Below, piece by piece: positions 28,002 to 36,650 of a stretch of 64,000 nucleotides of DNA. The DNA comes from Conexivisphaerales archaeon. GTDB taxonomy: Archaea; Thermoproteota; Nitrososphaeria; Conexivisphaerales; DTJL01. Location: assembly GCA_049509455.1 (NCBI GenBank), contig JBEKZX010000003.1:1099-65098 (forward strand), written 5' to 3'. Every line of letters begins with the position of its first letter. Within the stretch, counting starts at the first letter, position 1. The notes below the pieces were generated by a model. It was not told the DNA's origin. It did not search any database and worked only from the letters and a program-made list of their open reading frames with translations. The position numbers and the translations under genes are program-made.

Positions 28002-28739
28002 CTATCGCTCGATCCTCCTGGGTATGGACACCAGAGGAGCCTTGATCCCCACCGGGATCACGAAGTTCTTCGGCAGGACTACCTCTGCGTCGCCGATCAT
28101 GATGGTGACGTTGGGCTCGACCGAGAAATTGCCCTTGGAAACCTCTTTGATTTCGCCTACGTAGCCGAGCTTGGTCCCCCTCACCACCAGGCCGAGGGCA
28201 CCCTTCTTCATTGATACGACGTCAAGTATCTTGCCCGAAGGGAGCTCCACGAGTAGGGCGTCCCCCAGGGCGTACTTCGAGCCGTCGTCCACCAAGAAGG
28301 TCCTTCCGTCGTGAGTTCCCAGCTGCACCTTCCCCTTCTTGACGGTCATCTTGGAGCGAATCTGACAGAGCTTCCTCTCCTTTTCGTCGGCGGATATTGT
28401 AACCGGCGCCACAAGACGTCCCTTCTGCGGGAGCATGCGATACACGCTGCCTCCCTCGCTCAGCTCCACCACGTCCATCAGCCCGATGGGGAAGTGGATG
28501 CTGAGGCGTGGCACCCCGTCGATGAGCACCTTGCCCAGCTTGACGGCGTACTCGGCCTCCTTCTTGGAGCGCACCACTTTCAGTATGTCCCTGCAGAGCG
28601 TTATCGGGTCATAGCTCATGGCCTTGCTGTGAGGGCCTGCCTTCGTGGTCGTCACGAAGGCGAGCTTCTTCCTAGGGACAGCGTAGAACGCCGGCGCCGC
28701 CTGCCTCTTGACCATCGTAGAACCGCCTTTGCGTGCCAT
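28002..28739 (-). CDS. rps4e: 30S ribosomal protein S4e (eS4)
   Basis: N-terminal MARKGGS..VKRQAAP, followed by S4/KOW-like regions. Confidence 0.93.
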   Translation of the reverse strand: MARKGGSTMVKRQAAPAFYAVPRKKLAFVTTTKAGPHSKAMSYDPITLCRDILKVVRSKKEAEYAVKLGKVLIDGVPRLSIHFPIGLMDVVELSEGGSVYRMLPQKGRLVAPVTISADEKERKLCQIRSKMTVKKGKVQLGTHDGRTFLVDDGSKYALGDALLVELPSGKILDVVSMKKGALGLVVRGTKLGYVGEIKEVSKGNFSVEPNVTIMIGDAEVVLPKNFVIPVGIKAPLVSIPRRIER

Positions 28740-28750
28740 AGTATTACACC

Positions 28751-29107
28751 CTAATCCTCTAGAGCCTTCCTACGGAGCTTGTCGTCCAGGTTGAGAGAAG
28801 TTACCATAACCTTGGAGGCATTGACCTTCACCGGGACCGTTCCTCCCTTGAGCTTCTCGCGGGTCACACCTTCAACAGTGATTCGTCCAGATTTCGAGAA
28901 GGTCTTGGACACCTTGCCTTCGATGCCCTTGAAGTCACCCCTCATTATCTTGACCGTATCCCCCTTTCGCAGGGTGACGTGATCATAAGAGTGCTTCTCC
29001 TTAAGGTCCTTGGAAAGAGTGGAAGACAGGGACTTGTTCCTGACCCGAACGGAGCCCGAGTAGATAGCGGCCCTCACCTTCCGCGGTTGAGCCGACTTGT
29101 TAACCAA
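28751..29107 (-). CDS. rpl24: 50S ribosomal protein L24 (uL24), probable TTG start
   Basis: (M)VNKSAQPRKVR...RKGDTVKIMRGDFKGIEGKV KOW motif. TTG at 29107 lies 6 nt after GAGGTG, which overlaps the L14 stop; the listed ATG at 29158 would overlap L14 by 40 nt. Confidence 0.9.
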   Translation of the reverse strand: MVNKSAQPRKVRAAIYSGSVRVRNKSLSSTLSKDLKEKHSYDHVTLRKGDTVKIMRGDFKGIEGKVSKTFSKSGRITVEGVTREKLKGGTVPVKVNASKVMVTSLNLDDKLRRKALED

Positions 29108-29118
29108 TGGCCACACCT

Positions 29119-29553
29119 CTATACTATCATGGGGGCCACGTTCGCGATCCTGGCCCACCTTTCGGCCGCTTCGGAGGCCACCGGGCCTCTGATGTCCGTG
29201 CCCTTGAGCTCCCCTTCGGGGGTTATGATGACGGCGGCGTTGTCCTCGAAGGCTATGCGCGTGCCGTTGATCCTGTTAATCGGGTACTTCTGCCGGACGA
29301 TGACAGCCTGCATGATCTGCTTCTTGAGCTCCGGCGGGCCCTTCTTGGCGACCACCGTGATGAGGTCTCCCACACCGGCCGAAGGAATCCTGGCAAGCCT
29401 GCCCTTGAACCCAGCTACCTGCACGACCCTGAGCGTCTTGGCGCCGGTGTTGTCTGCGCAGTTGATGACGGCATAAACCGGGATGGCCCGAGTGATGTAA
29501 GGTTTGAATTCCTCAATCCCCTTCGCCGAAACCGCCCTTGACTTTGTGGACAA
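29119..29553 (-). CDS. rpl14: 50S ribosomal protein L14 (uL14)
   Basis: VINCADNTGAK...VGD.I.V..KKG and RGPVA.E motifs. Confidence 0.95.
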   Translation of the reverse strand: MSTKSRAVSAKGIEEFKPYITRAIPVYAVINCADNTGAKTLRVVQVAGFKGRLARIPSAGVGDLITVVAKKGPPELKKQIMQAVIVRQKYPINRINGTRIAFEDNAAVIITPEGELKGTDIRGPVASEAAERWARIANVAPMIV

Positions 29554-29555
29554 CT

Positions 29556-29885
29556 CTACACGCCAGCCTTACCAATGATGATGAAGGACACGGTCTTGGA
29601 AATGGGCCTGCATTCGGCCACCACGACCTCCTCGCCCTCCTTGATCGATATGCAAGAGGGGATGTGAGCGTGAACCCTGCTCCTCCTCTTCTCGTATCTT
29701 TTGTACTTCTTCACGTAGTGGTAGTACTCACGCTGGATGACGGCCAGGCCCTTTACTTTCAGGCTCACGGCCTTCCCCTGGAGGACCTTGCCCCTCACGG
29801 AAATCGTCCCGTGCCATGGGCAGTCTTCGTCTTCGCATGTCTTCGTCGGAGCCTTGACTCCCTGTATGCCTACGTTCCTCATCAT
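29556..29885 (-). CDS. rps17: 30S ribosomal protein S17 (uS17)
   Basis: CEDEDCPWHG...RGKVLQGKAVS...Y.KKYKRYEKR...H pattern. Confidence 0.93.
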   Translation of the reverse strand: MMRNVGIQGVKAPTKTCEDEDCPWHGTISVRGKVLQGKAVSLKVKGLAVIQREYYHYVKKYKRYEKRRSRVHAHIPSCISIKEGEEVVVAECRPISKTVSFIIIGKAGV

Positions 29886-30130
29886 TTCACCAACCTATCG
29901 AAAAAGCGACCAACGAGAAGATCACCGGAGACAAGAAAAGAGCGGTCCACGAGAAACGTGTTCGGGGATTTCGGCACGAGCCTCGTTGCGTCGGCCGACG
30001 AAAGCCAGAGCATGTTCTTCGACTCATGGATGAGGGTGCCCTGGATGCCCCTATACTGCGGCTGGCCCTCCACGACCTCCACCATGCTTCCCTGCAGCAC
30101 GTACCGCCTAACCATGTCCAAGCTGTTCAT
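29882..30130 (-). CDS. rnp1: Ribonuclease P protein component 1 (Rpp29/Rnp1)
   Basis: Conserved slot between L29 and S17. The Sm-like barrel pattern G..V.V.......G.QGTLIHESKNML fits Rpp29. Confidence 0.75.
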   Translation of the reverse strand: MNSLDMVRRYVLQGSMVEVVEGQPQYRGIQGTLIHESKNMLWLSSADATRLVPKSPNTFLVDRSFLVSGDLLVGRFFDRLVK

Positions 30131-30336
30131 TCTTGAACACCTTTCCTCTCGCCTATGATGGTCTCTATCCTGGCGACGTTCCTCTTCAGTGTCTTGATCT
30201 TGCCGGATTCCTTGGCTATAGTCCCACGTGACGAAAGGGTCCTCAACCGGAGCAGCTCGCGCCTGTACTCCGAGAGCCTCCCCAGAAGGTCCTCGTCCTT
30301 CAGCCCCCTGAGATCCTTCATGCTACGCGTTGGCAT
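30127..30336 (-). CDS. rpl29: 50S ribosomal protein L29 (uL29)
   Basis: LRGLKDEDLLGRLSEYRRELLRLR pattern, 69 aa. Confidence 0.92.
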   Translation of the reverse strand: MPTRSMKDLRGLKDEDLLGRLSEYRRELLRLRTLSSRGTIAKESGKIKTLKRNVARIETIIGERKGVQE

Positions 30337-30979
30337 TTCCTGCTCCCTCCGGCTTCAGGCCTTCCGACGGTGCTGGCTCCGGTGCCTTGGCCTTGATGGC
30401 TTCGAAATCCGGGGGTACGGCGTCACGGAAGGCGATGCTGACCTGAATCCCGTAGAGACCCATCTTGAGCAATACGTCGGTGACAGCCTTCGCCACCACC
30501 AGGTCCGTCATGTTGCCGCTCTTGGGGATGATTCCCTGGACGTGCCTTTCGTGGTGAGCCCGTTCGCTGCGCAGCTTCCCCCTCACCGTTATCTCGCAGC
30601 CCATGGCTCCGGCCCTCATCACGCCGGCTAAGGCGACCATGATGGCCCTCCTGAATGCCATCCCTCTCTGGGCCATCGAAGCGATGCGAGCGGCGACTAT
30701 CCGTGGGTTGAGGTCTGGGTTGGTGACCTCCACCACGTTAATGCTCAGGTTCTCCAGCTTGAACCTGCTGGAGAGCTCATCGGTGAGGTCTCTAATCCCC
30801 ATCCCCTTCCTGCCGATGACCAAGCCAGGCTTCACGACGGTGACATTGAGCCTGTAACCCAGCGGCAGCTTCTCCATATCCATGCCGGCGTAGCCAGCCT
30901 CCGCGAGCCTTCTCTCAAGGAATTCGTCAATCTCAGCATTGGAGAAGGACCTCTTCAGAATCAGCTTGGTGGTGACCAA
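30323..30979 (-). CDS. rps3: 30S ribosomal protein S3 (uS3)
   Basis: KH domain (VIGRKGMGIRDLT) and the S3 C-terminal domain, positioned after L22. Confidence 0.95.
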   Translation of the reverse strand: MVTTKLILKRSFSNAEIDEFLERRLAEAGYAGMDMEKLPLGYRLNVTVVKPGLVIGRKGMGIRDLTDELSSRFKLENLSINVVEVTNPDLNPRIVAARIASMAQRGMAFRRAIMVALAGVMRAGAMGCEITVRGKLRSERAHHERHVQGIIPKSGNMTDLVVAKAVTDVLLKMGLYGIQVSIAFRDAVPPDFEAIKAKAPEPAPSEGLKPEGAGNANA

Positions 30980-30982
30980 ATG

Positions 30983-31447
30983 CTAACGCATCTCCGCTCC
31001 GACCAGCTCTACGTGGACGAGCACCTTCATGCTGGGACTGGATCTCCCAAACGCGCGGGGAGTGAAACTTGGTATCTTGCGTCCGCCATATGCTGCCGCG
31101 TGCAAGATTTTCACCCTGTCAGGGTTGAGACCTTTGAACTCTGCGCTGCTCTGAAGGTTTTCAAGGACCCTCAACACCTCGCCGGCCGACTTCTCCGGAT
31201 AGGCGCCCGCAGGGAAACCCTGCAGCTCGCTTCTGTGACCACTCTTCAGCTTGAATCGCCTGAAGGCGACGGGCCGCTTGAGCGCGACCACTTCCTCGAG
31301 GAAGGTTCGGGCCTCGGGGACTGTCAAGCCCACGATGGACTTGCAGACTTCCCTTGCGGTCTTAGGGCTGATGTCCGCTTCTCTGCTACTGGCCCTGACT
31401 TGGACCGCAGGATTGTACCCGGAATATGAATACCCGAATTGCGGCAA
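30983..31447 (-). CDS. rpl22: 50S ribosomal protein L22 (uL22)
   Basis: ISPKTAREVCKSIVG...V....LV pattern; first gene after its own promoter-like element. Confidence 0.92.
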   Translation of the reverse strand: MPQFGYSYSGYNPAVQVRASSREADISPKTAREVCKSIVGLTVPEARTFLEEVVALKRPVAFRRFKLKSGHRSELQGFPAGAYPEKSAGEVLRVLENLQSSAEFKGLNPDRVKILHAAAYGGRKIPSFTPRAFGRSSPSMKVLVHVELVGAEMR

Positions 31448-31485
31448 CGATACGCACCGCGCGTATAAGTCGCCTCTTCGGTAGT

Positions 31486-31498
31486 AGATAAATACTTT
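31486..31498 (-). promoter_or_regulatory. Putative BRE/TATA promoter of the L22...SecY transcription unit
   Basis: The minus strand reads AAAGTATTTATCT about 45 nt upstream of the L22 ATG. Confidence 0.35.
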
Positions 31499-31527
31499 CC
31501 GTTTCCAAGGCGCGCGAAATCAGTAAG

Positions 31528-32379
31528 TCATAGGCCAGCCGAAGCGACGCTCATGACGGCCAGCGAGGCCAGTAGGGCCTCCTCGGTGCGGACCGTCTCG
31601 GTCTTCTGTTCGGGGATGGTGTTGATCACGAAGTCACATTTGGCATCTAGGAGCTCCTTGGTGAACATCTCGTAAAGGCCCCGCCTGGGGGCGCCGAAGA
31701 TGAGGAGCCGCTTCCCGCTGCCCTGGAGCGCCTCAACGAGGTCCTTCCAGACGACAGCGAACTCCTTCCCTTTCCTGCTGGTGGCGATGGAGACACCCAC
31801 CCGGCCATCGTCCATAAGGTCCTTGAGGTCCTTCTGGCGCTTCACTTCGAAGCCCCAGTAGCCTTTGACCTTGGACCTCTCCACCTGTTCGCAGCTCAGG
31901 TCCCTGCCGTTCCTGCGTATCACAACTGTGACCCTGGAGCCCGGCCTGGAGGCGCCTTCGAAGGGGATTGGCGCCTCGACACCGACGTCGGCCGAGGGAA
32001 CCCCTCTCGAGAACTCGACGAACGCCTCCCGGAACTCGCCGTCCGTCAGGCCTCCCATGCCGAGGTTGGCCTTATGAGAGGGTATCCTCAGAGGAGGGAG
32101 GAGGCCCGTAAAGGAGAGGCGTGGTTTCAAGGGATAGAGCTTCTTGCGGAGGTACTGCGGCGTCTCGATATATCGCAGAATCTCTTCGACGAGAGACGAG
32201 TCGTCCACCGTGTGCTCGACGGGGTCGGTGTATACTATCACCTTCTCGACGCCGTAAATCCCGACGGCCCTTGCCACCTGGCCCAGCTTAATCGTCTTGT
32301 ACCTGAGGTCACGGTCTTCCATAAGCAGGGAACTGGGGAGGGCTACCCAGGTCCCGGAGCCGGTAGTGGACATGGGCAC
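31528..32379 (-). CDS. SPOUT-superfamily RNA methyltransferase-like protein (DUF171/COG2106 type)
   Basis: Motifs ALPSSLL...R...KLGQVARA..IYGV.KV.VY and IETPQYLRK are typical of the DUF171 family. It is inserted between S19 and L22. Confidence 0.6.
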   Translation of the reverse strand: MPMSTTGSGTWVALPSSLLMEDRDLRYKTIKLGQVARAVGIYGVEKVIVYTDPVEHTVDDSSLVEEILRYIETPQYLRKKLYPLKPRLSFTGLLPPLRIPSHKANLGMGGLTDGEFREAFVEFSRGVPSADVGVEAPIPFEGASRPGSRVTVVIRRNGRDLSCEQVERSKVKGYWGFEVKRQKDLKDLMDDGRVGVSIATSRKGKEFAVVWKDLVEALQGSGKRLLIFGAPRRGLYEMFTKELLDAKCDFVINTIPEQKTETVRTEEALLASLAVMSVASAGL

Positions 32380-32492
32380 TGAGGTGAACAGGCAAACTAA
32401 TAAGAATACAATTTAAGGGCGTGAGTGGCACAGGGGCTTGGGCATGGTGTTCGTCCTTGGGCGATGAGCAAGATCCTGCCATTGACATCTTG

Positions 32493-32846
32493 ATGAAGAA
32501 GAAACTGCTCGAGATGAAGCGAAGGGCAGCCCAGCAGGCCAAGCCCAAGCCGGAGCCGAAAGACGAGCCGAAGGACCCCCGCGCGGTGTTCGCGTCCTTC
32601 CTCTACGACCGGGGTGATGAGGTTCTGGCCGCGGCCGAAAGGCAATATCCAGAGGACACCAAGATGATAGTGGAGAAGATAGCCGAACTTATCCAAAGCG
32701 GGAAGCTGAAGGAGAAGATATCGGGCGGCGCCCTCCTTTGGCTGTTCAGACAGTTCGGGATGAACGTCTACATCGAGACTGTCATTCGGATCCAGCAGGA
32801 TGGGAAGATGGTTTCCGTGGCCGACAAATTGAAACAGAAACAGTAG
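32493..32846 (+). CDS. PDCD5/TFAR19-like dsDNA-binding protein
   Basis: N-terminal MKKKLLEMKRRAAQQ helix and IAELIQSGKLKEKISGGALLWLFRQ resemble the archaeal PDCD5 family. The start was moved to the internal ATG. Confidence 0.5.
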   Translation: MKKKLLEMKRRAAQQAKPKPEPKDEPKDPRAVFASFLYDRGDEVLAAAERQYPEDTKMIVEKIAELIQSGKLKEKISGGALLWLFRQFGMNVYIETVIRIQQDGKMVSVADKLKQKQ

Positions 32847-32852
32847 TTCCGT

Positions 32853-33242
32853 CTACTTCAGGGGGACGTAGAGCGAGCTCCTGCTGGCGCCGATGCCAGG
32901 AGTCCCGTGGACTACCTTCTTTATGGGCATAGCATACTCGCCGAGGTAGTGTCCGATCATCTCGGATTTCACTTCGACTGCGATGAACTCCTTCCCGTTG
33001 TAGACGCTGATGGTTATCCCCACCATGAAAGGCAGTATGATCATGTCGCGTGCGTGGGTCTTGATGGTCTTGCCTTCCTGGGCGGCGGCCCTCACTCTTT
33101 CGATGAGCCTCTTCTTCTCATGGCTCAGCTCCCTGTTGAGCGTGCGGCGGGCTCGCGAAGGAAGCAACGCCAAGACCTGTTCCAGGGGCATCTCTTGCAG
33201 CTCTTCGGGCGAAAAGCCCCTGTACCTGAACTCCTTCGGCAA
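32853..33242 (-). CDS. rps19: 30S ribosomal protein S19 (uS19)
   Basis: [27 protein letters not shown]...IGHYLGEYA motif. Confidence 0.95.
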   Translation of the reverse strand: MPKEFRYRGFSPEELQEMPLEQVLALLPSRARRTLNRELSHEKKRLIERVRAAAQEGKTIKTHARDMIILPFMVGITISVYNGKEFIAVEVKSEMIGHYLGEYAMPIKKVVHGTPGIGASRSSLYVPLK

Positions 33243-33275
33243 GTTGTTGTCTCACCTGTCTCCCAATCTATTTAA

Positions 33276-34022
33276 CTATTTTCGAACCGTCGATTCTACC
33301 CTCGACTGCCTTCCGCGGCCTGTCCTCTTGGGGGCGATGTGACCCACCTTGCGGCCTGGCGGCGCATTGCGAGACGTTGAAGTAGACTTGCCAGGGTGCT
33401 GGTGGCGACCTCCTCCGAACGGATGGTGGACGGCGGCCATGGCGATGCCTCTCATGGTCGGATACTTCTTGTTCCGCGCCATCTGATGATAGAAACGGTT
33501 CCCAGCGATTAGGAAGGGCTTCTCGCCTCTCCCGCCGCCGGCGACCACGCCTATGGTGGCCCTGCAGGAGGAGTTGAGTTCGACGCTCTTCCTTGAAGGA
33601 AACCTGACAATGGTGGTGAGGCCTGTCTGTGAGAACACGATGGCCGACGTGCCAGCGCTCCTCACCAGCTGTCCCCCGTCACCGAACCGCCGCTCGATGT
33701 TGCTCACCGCCGTGCCTTCGACTATGCCGCCTAGGGGTAGCACCGAGCCGTCCTCCTGCTTGGCTCCGGTTCCCACCTCGATGGTCGATCCGACGTGGAG
33801 CCCCGTGACGGCGGGGAGGAACTTCGTGACGCCGTCTTCGAAGACCACCTTGGCCACGGGTGAAGTCCTGCCCCTTTCGTGCAGGATGTCCCGGACGACG
33901 CCGGTCTTCAGAACCGCGGAGTCATAAAGCGGATAGCCCAAGGGAGCGATCTTGCCCTTCTGCGGGGCCCTCCACTGGAGACCTGCCTTCCCCCTGCGCC
34001 TAACTACGTGCCGCTTTCCCAT
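33276..34022 (-). CDS. rpl2: 50S ribosomal protein L2 (uL2)
   Basis: MRGIAMAAVHHPFGGG...GKSTS signature and SH3-like region. Confidence 0.96.
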   Translation of the reverse strand: MGKRHVVRRRGKAGLQWRAPQKGKIAPLGYPLYDSAVLKTGVVRDILHERGRTSPVAKVVFEDGVTKFLPAVTGLHVGSTIEVGTGAKQEDGSVLPLGGIVEGTAVSNIERRFGDGGQLVRSAGTSAIVFSQTGLTTIVRFPSRKSVELNSSCRATIGVVAGGGRGEKPFLIAGNRFYHQMARNKKYPTMRGIAMAAVHHPFGGGRHQHPGKSTSTSRNAPPGRKVGHIAPKRTGRGRQSRVESTVRK

Positions 34023-34032
34023 CCCATATCGC

Positions 34033-34299
34033 CTAGAGAACTCCCAGCTTGGAAGCGAGCTCTGCGGCAGGAGTCTCGTCAGAGAGCCGCACTAAAGCCT
34101 CCTTCCCCTTCTTGGTCGTCATTATGTTGACATGCTCGACCTTGACGCCGTAAACGGTTTCGATGGCTTCCTTGACCGTGGCCTTTGTGGCGTCGCGGCT
34201 GACCAGGAAGACCATCTTGTTCTCCTGCTCTATCAGGCGGAAGGTCTTCTCTGTGACGTAGGGCATCCTTACTATGGCGAAGGCCTTCTCAAGCTGCAC
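34033..34299 (-). CDS. rpl23: 50S ribosomal protein L23 (uL23)
   Basis: P.VTEKT......NK.VF.V...A.K..VK.A....Y.VKV..VN pattern. Confidence 0.93.
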   Translation of the reverse strand: MQLEKAFAIVRMPYVTEKTFRLIEQENKMVFLVSRDATKATVKEAIETVYGVKVEHVNIMTTKKGKEALVRLSDETPAAELASKLGVL

Positions 34300-35086
34300 T
34301 CGCGATGGCCTCCTCGAACCTCTTTGTGAGTGAATCCAGGGCGGACTTCGTCCATACGGTAAGGCGCCCGGCCTTCCCGCCGGGGGCTAGGTCGATGACG
34401 CTGAGGTAGTCGACCTTCACGACGTCGACGCCTCGGAATCCGCCGGCTGCCTCATCTAGACCTTTGGAATCGGATATTACTAGGAGTGGCCCCTTCCCGT
34501 TCTTGCGGCCCCTTCCCCTCCAGCTTTGCCTCCCCCCCCTCGTCTTCCTCTTCGATGCTCGCTCCACGTCCTTAAGCAAGCCCATCTTGTCGAAGAAGGC
34601 AAGGAGCTCGGTGGCCTTGGAGACCTCTTGGAGTTTGTCATCGGCGACCAACGGGATGGAGGAGATGCCGGATATAGCGTGGCCCCTCCCGGCCACCAGC
34701 GCCGGCGAAGCAGTGGCGGCGATAGCCGACTTCAGCGCCATGACCCGCTCCTTCTTGTTGATGAGCTTGTAGACCACCTTCTCAGACCGAGGCGGGAACA
34801 TCAGCCTTCCCTTGACGACGCCGCCGACGCCTGCCGCCTGTCCTGCACGCGGGTTCTTCTCTCCTTTCACCCTAGCGACCCTTGATACGCCGTGACCGGT
34901 ATTCCAGGACATGGCGCTGGTCCTTTCGCCTGCAATTGGGTTGGTGCCCTTTCTTTGGATTTTGTGAGTGAACATTATCCAGAAAGCCCGGTTGATGAGC
35001 CGCTGGTTGACGGGGGTCTCGAAGACAGCGGGGAGCTCGACAGACTCGCCGGCCTTCCCTTCAAGGTCGAAGATGGAGGCCTTCAA
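34289..35086 (-). CDS. rpl4: 50S ribosomal protein L4 (uL4)
   Basis: GHGVSRVARVKG...AG.AAGV.GVVKGR and operon order. Confidence 0.94.
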   Translation of the reverse strand: MKASIFDLEGKAGESVELPAVFETPVNQRLINRAFWIMFTHKIQRKGTNPIAGERTSAMSWNTGHGVSRVARVKGEKNPRAGQAAGVGGVVKGRLMFPPRSEKVVYKLINKKERVMALKSAIAATASPALVAGRGHAISGISSIPLVADDKLQEVSKATELLAFFDKMGLLKDVERASKRKTRGGRQSWRGRGRKNGKGPLLVISDSKGLDEAAGGFRGVDVVKVDYLSVIDLAPGGKAGRLTVWTKSALDSLTKRFEEAIASAA

Positions 35087-36090
35087 TGGGATATCCCTCC
35101 GGATGGTCTGGAGCTGATGAACAACACGGTCGGAGGCTTGCCCTTTCCGTACGGAGTTCGCAATGGGAGACGGACGACTACGGGTCGCCTGTACGGACCC
35201 GGAACGGAGCCCTTGACCACGACGTAGTCACCCCTGACCAACCCGAAGTGTGGGAAACCACCCTCCGGCGTTATGGCGCTGGCAGTCTCTGAGCTGATAA
35301 TCAGAACTCTGTGGTTGTACTCGATGCGCTGGTGGTAGCCCATCTGTCCGGCCCTGGCCACTGTGTACATGACGCCGTGGGGATGCCACGGGCTCAGAAC
35401 GCCCACTGCCCTGATGGTCTTCCTGGATTTGTGCTGCTTGCGCTTGATGCCCATCCTAGTGACCGGGCCTTCGAAGCCCTTACCTTTGGAGACGGCGGCC
35501 AAGTCCACCATGGTGCCTGGAGCGATGTTGCCCGACAGGGAAATTGTCATGCCCAAGAGCCCTTTCACGAATTCGAGCTGGGCCTCCACCTTCCCGCCAG
35601 TCACCGCCACCTCCATCCTCAGGGGCTCCTTCTCAGAAAGCCCCACATCCTTGGGGGAGACGGCGACCAGGGCGAAGACTTCGCTGACCTTGTCCTTGAC
35701 GCTGAGCAAGGACCTGAACTGCTCATCGGTTGACGGTTTCTTCTTGGCCTTCGCGAAGAGTGGGTCCCCGTAATCGTAAATGTCGGACAGGACATTGTAT
35801 GCCCCGTCACCGTATTCATAGGCCCTTAGTCCGTATATCCTCATAGGCGGCACGGCCAAGACGGTGGCCGCGTTGAAGCGGGGCTTCCCAAAGTTAATCG
35901 TCTTCTCTCTGTCATCGGCGGTGATTACATGAACCATTCCCGCCTTGAACGTGAAATATCCAGCTAGGACGGGCTTCTCAATTTCCAGCTGAGCCCAGGT
36001 CCTCATTCTTGGTACGTGAGTCTCAGCGCGTGACCTAGGGAAGAAGGCCAAAGAGCCTCTCCTTGGTGCGCTGTGCTTCCTATGTCCCAT
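35083..36090 (-). CDS. rpl3: 50S ribosomal protein L3 (uL3)
   Basis: MGHRKHSAPRRGSLAF start and FKAGMVHV... motifs. The ATG at 36090 is preferred because the TATA element lies only 13 nt from the listed start at 36120. Confidence 0.94.
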   Translation of the reverse strand: MGHRKHSAPRRGSLAFFPRSRAETHVPRMRTWAQLEIEKPVLAGYFTFKAGMVHVITADDREKTINFGKPRFNAATVLAVPPMRIYGLRAYEYGDGAYNVLSDIYDYGDPLFAKAKKKPSTDEQFRSLLSVKDKVSEVFALVAVSPKDVGLSEKEPLRMEVAVTGGKVEAQLEFVKGLLGMTISLSGNIAPGTMVDLAAVSKGKGFEGPVTRMGIKRKQHKSRKTIRAVGVLSPWHPHGVMYTVARAGQMGYHQRIEYNHRVLIISSETASAITPEGGFPHFGLVRGDYVVVKGSVPGPYRRPVVVRLPLRTPYGKGKPPTVLFISSRPSGGISH

Positions 36091-36125
36091 AAAGCCTACG
36101 CTTCCGCAGACCAAGACCAATTAGT

Positions 36126-36142
36126 GATGTAATAAAAGCTTT
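36126..36142 (-). promoter_or_regulatory. Putative BRE/TATA promoter of the L3-L4-L23-L2-S19 unit
   Basis: The minus strand reads AAAGCTTTTATTACATC about 40 nt upstream of the ATG at 36090. Confidence 0.38.
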
Positions 36143-36146
36143 CTGC

Positions 36147-36557
36147 ATGGCCTGGCAGGAAAGATCCAATCTCCAAAGACGAATGGAAGGAATAGAGCTT
36201 GAGCCCGGAGGAAGGCTAGGGGTGGCCACCACAGTGCGTTTGGCCGGCGGCCTCAAGACGGAGTCGAAGGTGAGGTTGCTCATGGTCCGTAGGGGCGCCG
36301 CCAGCCGGCCCCTGGACGTTATGAAGCAGAGCGAGGAGAACCCTTCGAAGCTCTATCGCATAATTGATGAGATGATTGAAGCGGCCGATGTGGTGCTGCG
36401 GAAGGACGGGGCCCTATGGATGGTGAAGGTGCTGTCCGGAAGAGAGGTGGTGATGTTTCCCCAGAGGCTGCAGGACCTCCTGGACCTCTACCGGATGGTG
36501 ATCGCTAGGCAGTGGGAATCGATGGGCCGGAGGAGATTTGGACTCCTGACCTTCTGA
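36147..36557 (+). CDS. Hypothetical protein
   Basis: Codon usage is GC3-rich like neighbouring genes and the translation is helical and amphipathic. The last 35 nt overlap tRNA-Ile on the opposite strand. The start may be at 36183. Confidence 0.45.
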   Translation: MAWQERSNLQRRMEGIELEPGGRLGVATTVRLAGGLKTESKVRLLMVRRGAASRPLDVMKQSEENPSKLYRIIDEMIEAADVVLRKDGALWMVKVLSGREVVMFPQRLQDLLDLYRMVIARQWESMGRRRFGLLTF

Positions 36558-36619
36558 TTATCAGTCAGACGTTCCAGCCGCCAACCCGACGGTCTCTGAC
36601 CAAGCTGAGCTACCGGCCC
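36523..36619 (-). tRNA. tRNA-Ile(GAU), 97 nt with a putative 22-nt intron in the D stem (36572-36593)
   Basis: Acceptor GGGCCGG/CCGGCCC, anticodon arm TCTGA-CTGATAA-TCAGA, T arm AGGAG-TCCAAAT-CTCCT, discriminator A. The D stem GCTC/GAGC is restored only when the BHB-flanked insert is removed. Confidence 0.78.
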
Positions 36620-36650
36620 AGTCCGCCGTTCTTGGGTTTCCCGAAGTCCA

